This document shows positions 10,976 through 20,729 of a stretch of 64,000 nucleotides of DNA, piece by piece; the first letter of the stretch is position 1; each line of letters opens with the position of its first letter. Both the position numbers and the translations under genes were made by a program. The notes under the pieces were generated by a model, which did not search any database, was not told the DNA's origin, and was given only the letters and a program-made list of their open reading frames with translations. Source of the stretch: Camelus dromedarius (Eukaryota); contig NC_087437.1 in the NCBI RefSeq assembly GCF_036321535.1, positions 53,632,001-53,696,000 of the forward strand, written 5' to 3'.

Positions 10976-13661
10976 TGCTCAGCACACTGCTAGTATTCAA
11001 TACTTGGTAGCCATAATGGTCGTGAGTGCTAAAATTTCTCCCCCAGAGACTTGAGGGTTCTGTTACTGCTTGCACACCTGGTCGAAGGTCCCCTGCTGTT
11101 ACTGTCTCATGAGCATCATTGACTATTTTTGGAAGGCCCTCATCGCCTCCGGTAGATAGAGATCAACAGTTGCACTGCTTTTGTCTCAATCAGTTGATTT
11201 TGGGAAATCAAGAGTGGGGAGTGGTTTTTAAGCTTAGAGGACGAGATGTTCCGAGCTGATGCTGTTGATGTGAGGGAGGAAGATCTGGGTTTGCTGTACT
11301 CGTCTGATGTCTGTGCACTGAACCCAAACAAAAGTCTCATGTGCCAGCAGCTCACAGCACTGAGGGGACGGCAGCGAAGCAGCGTGTGCAGGCGGTGGGG
11401 GGTGGTCATCCACAGTGCAGTGGCTGCCCAGTGCTCTCTGTGAGGGTGCCAGGAAGAACGCTTTCCATCAGTGGTGCCTGAGGTAAGGCCTCTTAAGGGC
11501 TGGCAGTACTTCTCCCATTCATTCACTCATTCATGCATTCGTTCAACAAATAGTTACTGAGTAGCTACCATGTGCCAGGCATTCATTTAGGCACTGAAGG
11601 TAGGGGTGAAGAAAGGCAGCACTTACAGAGTTCACATTTTTAGTAGGAACACACAAATGGTAATCAGATAAGACTATGAATGTTTGCATAATTACAAACT
11701 CTCATGCCACAGAGGAAACTTACAAAACATGGAAAGAGGGCTAGCGATCAGAGACATTTTTTGACTCTACCAGGAGGCTGCTGGGAAGCCAGGGCTTCTC
11801 TAAATTGATAGGGAGAGCCCTGAATTTTCTGACAAAGAACAGAACAGCACCTCTCACTTTTGCCCTGTCCATCATGCCCAGGGCCTGCCCGCCTGTCATG
11901 AAAAGCTTAGATTCCCCCAGCCTGAACCTCACACTTTCAAGAGAAGATTTCCTCGTCGTGCATGGGACGGAGCCAATGTAGGACCACGGTGGCTTCCTCT
12001 TAGTTCTGTTAGTGCTGCATCTCCGAGGACAGGCTTCGAGACCAGCCCAATATTGAGTATCAAGCTGATATGCGAGGCTGAAATGTGTTTTCAACACAAC
12101 AGTTTTGCCTTAATTACTCAATTAATATACCCAGAATAATAAAGGAAGTCAAACTGAAAGATGAGAATTTAACCTCCTCTCAGTTTGCTTACCAGCTGTT
12201 TTCAGGTCTCAACCATGTACATTTTTTTTTAGCTACTTGGACAGGCATAACTTTTAGTCATAATGATGTACGCCCAGGTGACATTTTGTGTTTCACTTTT
12301 TTGGTTCCAATATTTTAAGCATTTTCTTTCTTGTTGCTACTTAAATTCACACACAATCTATCTGGTGGATGTACTATAGTTTAACTATTTCCCTATTGCT
12401 GGAAGCTTAACTGTTAACCTTAGATTTTACACCATTATAAGTAATTTTTAAATTGAAAATGTTTTTTCTTTTTGCCCGTGTGTATTGCTTTATAAAACTC
12501 CTTCTTCATCCCATTAATTCTCTTTCAGTTCTCACCACAACTGTGTAAGGTATGGAGTTACTTTACACGTGAGGAAACTGAAATATGTGATCGTTTCTCC
12601 CTTTGAATTATTTACTCAGTTTTATTTCTTGAAAGTACAATAACGTGGTTAATAGTCATGAGCTCTTAATTCTGTGGCCTGATTATTTTCTTAAAAAGTT
12701 TAAGTAATTTCTACATCTCCCTTGAAATACACTTTTTTCATTACAATCTGTCTGGCAATGAGTATTACTATTTTGAAAACTGCTGGGTAATGTAAATTCG
12801 ATAAACTAGTATCTTAATGTTCCAGTTGCCTCTTGGTTTGCTCTTAAGAGTAATCATGACTTCATACGCTCATTAATTGTGTTTTCTGTTTTGTAATGTA
12901 TCTGTTGGTGTTGATTGCTTGTTTATTTTGGGCGGCTTGTACTGCATGAGGCGTTTCACACCTTGAGTCTTCTTTTCCTTTTTAGTACAGTATTTTTTAT
13001 TGTATGGAAGTTGGACTTTTCTTGCCACTGACTCTATTAAACTTTTTCTTTGTTATTTTTCTGCATTCCATTAGAAAAAAGAAAGCTGATAAAAGCTAAA
13101 AATAGAACTATATTTAAAAATTATATTTTTATAATTTTTTTCCAGCTCTAATAGTAATGCATGTACATTTTAGAAATTTTGGAATATACAAAAAAATTAT
13201 AAGAAATGAGAACTCCCATTACTCATTATTCTACCATCCAGGGTATGTTATTTGGTTTTTTTAGTCTTTTCTTTCTCACATGTAAATTTTTTAAAATGTA
13301 TTTTTGCCCTGAACTTCAGTTAACATTATACTGATAGAACTTTCACATATCATTAAATATTTTTTTATAATAAATATTTTTTTAAAAGTCTGTCTAGCGT
13401 TTCTTTAGGGATGAATCGAGTCCTCTCTCCCCCAATCTGCTACTTCTGTGTGCCCAAACCAGTGCCTGAACTATCCTTTCTTCCCAGATTTGTCTGTGTC
13501 CTTATCTTGTATTGGACTGTTTCTGGGCTTGTGCTGTTCGTGGACCCAGAGCACTGCACCTGTAATAGGGTCTTGTCTCTCTTTTTCTGAACCCTTGGGG
13601 CTTCCTGGATTGAGCCATACCAGGGCCCCACTGGTATCCAGCAGAAGTGCCTATCTACCTT

Positions 13662-13674
13662 GTTAATCTTTAAC
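13662..13674 (+). promoter_or_regulatory. HNF1 binding site of the liver-type (P1-like) ST6GAL1 promoter
   Basis: GTTAATCTTTAAC, one mismatch from the consensus GTTAATNATTAAC, directly upstream of exon I. The hepatic ST6GAL1 promoter is known to be HNF1-dependent. Confidence 0.75.
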
Positions 13675-13715
13675 CCTGCTGAGAAAAAGCTTTTTTTTTT
13701 TTTCCCCCTTTGTCG

Positions 13716-13849
13716 ATGCTTTTTGATGTCTGGAGGAAAATAAGCCTTGGCCTCCAGAGCCAATAAAACAAACATCCCTCCCGCGGAGAACAGTGCTAGT
13801 TCCTGAGGACCTGGGGCCCCTGCAGCCCCGGGGGGCTAACCAGAAGCAG
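13716..13849 (+). other. ST6GAL1: ST6GAL1 5' non-coding exon (exon I-like); 3' end well supported, 5' boundary uncertain
   Basis: ...CTGCAGCCCC...CCAGAAGCAG|GTGAGG donor at 13850. Spliced to 20093 it gives CCAGAAGCAG-GCTTGTTGTCCTGCTCAGAAC, which matches my recollection of the mammalian ST6GAL1 5'UTR. Locally CpG-rich. Confidence 0.75.
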
Positions 13850-15286
13850 GTGAGGAACACCTGGCGCTGCGGGACACGGAGGCGGCACAGGGGCACTTTC
13901 CCGGGTACAAACGGTGTGGTGGGGTGGCCACAAGGAGCCACAGGGTGTCAGTGGCTGGCTGTAGATTTGCTGTTTTCTTCATGTATTTTATTTTATTTTT
14001 TGGTCCTGATTCAATGAGGGGTGGCAATAGGTGGTTTGCTTATTTCTAGAAACTATAAATATAAGATCTGAAGTTATTCTGTAATTCAGTCCACTGTTTG
14101 TAAATAAGCACCTACAATAAGCCAAGCCCTGCGTTTCATACTGGGCACGTCGTGATATGTAGCCCAGGGTGGGAGCCTGACTTTGGCTGGGAGTTGCTTT
14201 CTGTTGGTTCAGTGTTGGCTTGTTCTCTGTTGGTGATAATGTGAGTTGTTGTCATATTCTTCTGGAAGCCTGGTGGACGTTGTAAGGATTCGTCGAGTCC
14301 CACCAATGCAACAGTCCTTTATTGGATAGCCACTGTGTCCCAGGCACTGCACTGGGCACTGAAGTTTCAGAAATGGGCCAGGAGGGGTTTCCCTCTAGCA
14401 GGGGGTCTGCACGACAAGCAGGCATTACTCAGCAGTAGGTGGGAGCAGCTCGGGGCAAGGACAGTGCTGACGGGCAGGCTGGCTCTGCAGGAGGCCAGAA
14501 GCAGAAAGATAAGGCTACCTGGTTGCCAGGCAAGAGATCGCATCAAGACAGAGTCCTAGAGATGTTAAGTCAGTCTGCGACTGGGAAATTCAAAGCTTGG
14601 TATGTTTTCCCAAAGAATGTAAAGAGAAAAATTGACCACTCCTTTCCTTCAGTTTGGGCTGCTTAGATGAACCATCTTCCATCCGTGTCTCTCTCGAGTG
14701 GCTTGACAGATGAGAAAGGATGTTGGAGCTCTAAGTGCCTGTGACGAGAAGCTCCAGCCAGCTGGTGGACTTGGAACAGTGGGTTCAAGAGAGTTGGGAG
14801 CCCAGATTACATGGGCTCTGAAGGCAGAGGCTGTCTTAAAGTTGTAGGACTCAATGTTTGGGGGAACTCTTCTTTCCTGGGAAACTCAACCTTGGAGAGT
14901 AGGTGCTGACAAGAAGCTGAACAGAAGCCCTTCTGAGCCTCTGCTGAATGAGACCATGAACTGGGTTCCACCTCCCTACCTCCTGTCTCATCTCACTCCT
15001 ACACATAAAAGTTAAGTCCTACCTCTACCATTTCCAAATCACTTGTGCAACTTGGAAAATTATTTCCATTTACAAAACCTTAGTATCTTCAGCTGTAAAT
15101 GGAACTGATAAAATTAGCTATGCTCATTTCACAGGGTTATACTGGGTCTCATAAACCTAGTGACTGTGAAAGGGTCACCTGAATGGTAAAATAGTATACA
15201 TGTGTTAAGTCTGGTAAGCACTCATAGTGAGGGTGTTTTTTGTGTGATTGTCTGATTAAGTTTTCTCTCTAGGGACGCTGATTTCT

Positions 15287-15505
15287 TTACTTCTTTTTTT
15301 TTTTTTTAACATTTTTTATTGATTTATAATCATTTTCAATGTTGTGTCAAATTCCAGTGTAGAGCACAATTTTTCAGTTATACATGAACATACACATATT
15401 CATTGTCACATTTTTTTCTCTGTGAGCTACCATAAGCTCTTGTGTATATTTCCCTGTGCTGTACAGTATAATCTTGTTTATCGATTCTACAGTTTTGAAA
15501 TCCCG
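15287..15505 (-). mobile_element. 5'-truncated young L1 3' end
   Basis: Poly-T followed by sequence closely matching the reverse complement of the L1 3'UTR at ~36650-36860; 19-bp TSD TCTAGGGAC(G/C)CTGATTTCT at 15268-15286 and 15506-15524. Confidence 0.88.
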
Positions 15506-16100
15506 TCTAGGGACCCTGATTTCTGAATCCTGGTTGGTCAACATGGGTTTTTCACTGTGCTTTATCACAGATTCCAGTCCTTTTAGTCAGAGAGATCTGG
15601 GTTGGAATCCTGGTTCTGGCACTGATGAGCTACTGGCTTGCTTGTCAATAGCCCTGTAACCTTGCTAAGCCTCTGTTTCTTCATTTTCTCAAGTGGGGTT
15701 GTTAATGTCTATTCCATAGTGGCATAGCAAAAATTAAATGAGATAAAGGAGGTAAAGTGCCTACTGTATAGTAGGTGCTTCTTAAATGCTACTTTCCCTT
15801 CTTTTCTAGTTTTTCTTCAGCTGTCATAGAGTCCTGTGATTCACTGTGTTGGGTGTCAGGGGAAATTGAATTGTTTAGTTTTCTGATGATGCAACAAGCC
15901 CCTCCCCCATTTCATAATCTCATGTTTGAATTCTCCCTCTGTGTACATTTCATCCCTTCCAAAACTTTAGCAGCCCAAGGCAGGAATCCGTCCTCCCCAG
16001 AGCCACTTGTTCCTGAGGTCTGGGTTAGTGGGAAGCACTGGTTGGCACTTCCAGTGGATTCCAAGAATGGTCTGGATGTCACTTAATTAAAGAGTCTCAG

Positions 16101-18461
16101 TGAGGCAGGATCAAGATGGTGGAGTAGGGAGACACTGAGCTTAACCTCCTCTCATGAGCACACCAAAACTGAAACTACATATAGAACAGCTTTCTCTGAG
16201 AATGACCTGAAGACTACAGAATAGCTCTCCTACAATTAAGGATATAAAGAAAAAACACAGCAAGGCGAATAGGAGGGGCCGAGACATGATCACTTCAGGA
16301 CCCTCCACCCCCTGGCAGGTGCCCCACAACAAAAGGGGACATCACAAACTTGGAGATCCTCCGTAAGAGCAAAGGGTTCAAGCCCCACATTGGGGGCCCT
16401 AGCCCTACGGACCAGCATCAAGAAGATGATCCCCCTTAACTGGTTTTGAAAACCAGTAGCCTTACAGCTGGGAGATCTGGAGGGCTATAGGAAACTGAGA
16501 CTGTGCTCTTAAAGGGCTTGCACACAAACTTACTTTCTCCCAGGCCCAGTGCAGAGGTAGTGGATTGAAAAGCACCTGGCAATCTAGCCAGCCTGCCAAG
16601 ACCACACCAGCACACCCCCTAGCCTCCACCTGGCTCCTCCAACTGTCCCCCATGCCAAGGCAGCAGCCCCTGGTGCACCCTGGAGAAGTCCTGGCACATG
16701 CCAGGCTGTGGCTCTAGTTTAGCTTCAGAACCCCCCACAAGGTGGCAATCACTGGTGCACCCTGGGGACAGAGTAATATGTTCCAAATGAAAGAATAAGA
16801 TAAAACCTCAGGGAAAAAAAAACCCCAATAAAACTTAGATAAGTAATTTATCTCATAGAGAGTTCAAAGCAAGGGTCATAAATATTCTCACTAAAGTCAG
16901 AAGAATAGAGGAACACAGTGAGAACTTCAACAAAGAATTAGAAAATATAAAAAAGAACCAATCAGAGATGATGAAAACACTAACTGAAATGAAAAAATAC
17001 ACTAGAGGGAATCAACAGCAGATTAGGTGATACAGAAGAATGCATCAGTGACCTAAAAGACAGAATAGTGGAAATCACCCAATCAGAACAGTGAAAAGAA
17101 AAAAGAATTTTAAAAAATGAAGATTGTTTATTGGAGCTTTTTAAATAAAGGCCATTTATGACAAACCCACACCTAACATCTTACTCAGAGGTGAAAAGCT
17201 GAAAGTATTTCCTCTAAGATAAGGAACACGACAAAGATGCTCATTTTATTCAGCATAGTATTGGACGTCCTAGCCACAGCAATCAGACAAGAAAAAGAAA
17301 AGGAATCCAAATTGTATGGGAAGAATTAAAACTACCACTATTTGCAGATGACATGATTTTGTATTAGAAAACCCTAAAGACTCCACCAAAAAACTATTAG
17401 AACTAATAAATAAATTCAGTAAAGTTGCAGGATACAAAATTAATATACAGAAATTGTACTTCCATACTAATAATGAACTATCAGAAAAAGAAATCAAGAA
17501 AAGAAAACCATTTATAAACCACATCAAAAAAAACCCCAAAAACCTAGGAATGAATTTAACCAAGGAGGTGAAAGACCAGTACTCTGAAAACTATAAGACA
17601 ACAGGCACATAAATAGATGCTCAGCATCACTGATCATCAGGGAAACACAAATCCAAACCACACCTCATACCTGTCAGAATAGCTGCCCCCAAAAAAGACA
17701 AGAAACAACAAGTATTGCCAAGGATGTGGAGAAAAGGGAACTCTCGTGCACTGTTAGTGGGAATATAAATTGGTGCAGCCACTATGGAAGGCAGTATGGA
17801 GTTTCCTTAAAAAGTTAAAGATGAGCCACCATATGATTTAGTGCTTCAATTTCTGGATATTTATTCTAAGAAAACAAAAACAATTCAAAAGATTTATGCA
17901 CACCAATGTTCATTGTAGCATTATTTATAATTAACAGCAGCCAAGATATGAAAGCATCCTGAGTGCCCAACAGATGAATGGATAACCAATATGTATTTTA
18001 CATATATACACACACATATACGTACATACACAAACACACACACCCAAACATGATGGAATATTACTGAGCCATAAAAAGAATGAAATCTTGCCATTTGTGA
18101 TATGGATGGACCTAAAGGGTATTATGCTAAGTGAAATAAGGCAAAAACTGTTTTCAGGTATATGTGGAATCTAAAAAAGCAAAACAAACAAATATAATAA
18201 AACAGGAACAGTTTCACAGACATGGAGAACAAATTAGTGGTGTGAGAGGGGAGGGTGTTGGGGAGATGGGTAACATAGGTGAAGAGGATTTGAGGTACAA
18301 ATTACCAGTTATAAAATAAGTCACGGGGATGTAATGTACTACACAGGGATTATTATCAATAACATTGTAATGACTCTATGATGCATAATCTATAAAAATA
18401 TCAAATCACTATGTTTTATACCTGAAACTAATAAGTCAACCGTACTTCAATTAAAAAAAAA
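16101..18461 (+). mobile_element. LINE-1 with 5'UTR and 3' end retained but internally deleted
   Basis: 5' end with CAAGATGG (YY1-like, 16112-16119), ORF1 fragment, RT fragment (IKAIYDKPT..., LFADDMILY), ORF2 C-terminal piece, 3'UTR, A-tail; TSD AGTCTCAG at 16093-16100 and 18462-18469. Confidence 0.88.
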
Positions 18462-20143
18462 AGTCTCAGATGAAGGACCTGAAGTTCAGGTTGAGCCACG
18501 GCCTGTGTTCCACTCTGTCATTGATCGCTGTCCCTTGTTGCCACCACGTGGCCCTCTGGCCTAAGGGGCTGCTCTCTAGCCTCTGATCAGAACATCTCCT
18601 GTGCCTTTACATTATCTAGTTCAAAGCCTGTTAACACCATTTACATTTGGTCCTCCCAACACTCGGTGAATGAGACAGGGCAAAGATGACTACTCTACAG
18701 AAACTGAGGTGCAGAGGGGCTAAGTGACTTGCCTAAGGTCACCAGGAATGGGGACAAGAACCCAGGTTGTGTGACCACCCAGCTTAGTACTCCTGCCACC
18801 TCACCCTGATACCCTTAGGAGCGGGCTTCATGGAAGTGGACTCTAGGTTCCTAATCAGTTAGCAAACCCCTGCGGGTGATTGCTTAGACTCATCACGGTA
18901 AATAAACACAGTCACTCAGGGGAGAATTTAATGTTTTCAGAAGGTACAGACATTGTTTAAGTTCAAAGTGCTTCCATTTTCCACTCAGTTTCACAATAAA
19001 TTCTGGGAAAACAGAGTAGGTCTTTACCCAGAAATAAAGGGGACTATTCAGGCTCTATTTGCTTAGTGAAATCCATTTTCCAGAACCTTTTCAGCAGTTC
19101 TGTAGATGAGGTAGTGAAAGGGACATGGATTATGGAATCAAGTGCACTTGGATTTGAGCCTCAAAGCTACTATTTACTCACCTGTGCGATTCTAGGCACT
19201 TCTTTTAACCTCCCAGAGCCTCAGGTGGCTGATCTATAAAGATGGAGATTATAACACCTTCATGGCGGGTGAATTTCAGGGCCCTTCTGCACAGCTCAGG
19301 GGATGCCCTTCTTATCAGATTATTATAAACTTGGTGCTCACTGAAGTTACGCATCACAGTGACCTGACTTATGGTGAAGTTAATGATTAAATGCCTAGTG
19401 TGCTTCATGCATTTTTGTTTTCATTTCCTTAATTGGTCCCAGGTCTGCTATCTTACCAAGATTCCCCACCTTTCTCAGTGAGGCGAGACAGTCTCCTGAC
19501 ACATGTTAGATTGTGAAGCTAACCCTTGGTTTTCTTCTCACGCCGGAGTCCAGCACTACCGCCCTTAGAGAGATGAGACACAGACCTATGACACTGTCTA
19601 TGGCGAGAGGTCCCTTGCAATTTTAAAAAGGTACTGGGCCTTTTTCAGGGAGGTTGGGTACTTGTGACGTAGACAGGTCAGCCTGCCCTTCCTTTTCCTT
19701 TTGGCTTTTCAAGCATGTATGCTTTCATGGAACAAATAGTGTGAGATGTGGTTCTTGACCTCAAGAAGTCCAGAGGGCAGTCAGGGAGCTAGACCAAGAC
19801 AGCACGAAGCTAAGACTCAGGGTGTGAGGCGGACTGGTGGAAGGGCGTGTAAAGTGATCACTGCACAGAGAGGAAGATGGGAGTTTGTCTGAGGACTGCT
19901 TTCTACTGTTAAAGCCCAAACAGAGGGTGGATTTTTATCTTTTTTTTTTGAGAGTTGATAAAGTTCGCAGACCTGGTGGGAGATAGACCTTGGCTGGAAT
20001 TCAATTCTTGTCATTCTAAATCCATTGCTCAGTCCACCGTTACATTTAGATTTTCTTTACATCTTTTTTTGCCTTGTCTCTCTTTTTTTCAGGCTTGTTG
20101 TCCTGCTCAGAACAGAGTGGCTTCCTTGAACACGTCTTTAATT

Positions 20144-20729
20144 ATGATTCACACCAACTTGAAGAAGAAATTCAGCTGCTGTGTGCTTGTCTTTCTCCTG
20201 TTTGCGATCATCTGTGTGTGGAAGGAAAAGAAGAAAGGGAGTTACTATGAGTCCCTTAAAATGCCCACCAAGGAATTCCAAGTGTTGAGGAGTCTGGAGA
20301 AACTGACCGTGGGGTCTGGTTCCCGGTCTGTATCTTCAGGAGGCACGCAGAATCCCCAGAGTCCCAGGGGCCCAGCCAAGGCCAAGCCAGAGGCCACCTT
20401 CCAGGTGTGGAACAAGGACAGCTCTTCCAAAAACCTTATCCCCAGGCTGCAAAAGATCTGGAAGAATTATCTGAGCATGAACAAGTACAAAGTGTCCTAC
20501 AAGGGGCCTGGGCCTGGCGTTAAGCTCAGTGCAGAGGCCCTGCTTTGCCACCTCCGGGACCACGTGAACGTTTCCATGGTAGAGGCCACAGATTTTCCCT
20601 TCAACACCTCCGAATGGGAGGGTTACCTTCCCAGGGAGAACATTAGGACCAAGGCTGGGCCATGGGGCAGGTGTGCAGTCGTCTCTTCAGCGGGATCTCT
20701 GAAGTCCTCCCAACTGGGTCGAGAAATAG
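20144..20729 (+). CDS. ST6GAL1: ST6GAL1 coding exon 1 (cytosolic tail, TM, stem, start of catalytic domain); exon starts at 20093 with 51 nt of 5'UTR
   Basis: Polypyrimidine tract and AG at 20091-20092; ATG at 20144; translation [26 protein letters not shown]...SSQLGREI; donor G|GTGGGT at 20730. N-glycosylation sequons NVS and NTS are present. Confidence 0.97.

Noticed and set aside
19955..20143. 63-aa N-terminal extension of the ST6GAL1 ORF in the track
   Set aside because: It starts at a non-ATG codon inside the intron (MIR remnant and polypyrimidine tract). The true start is the conserved ATG at 20144.
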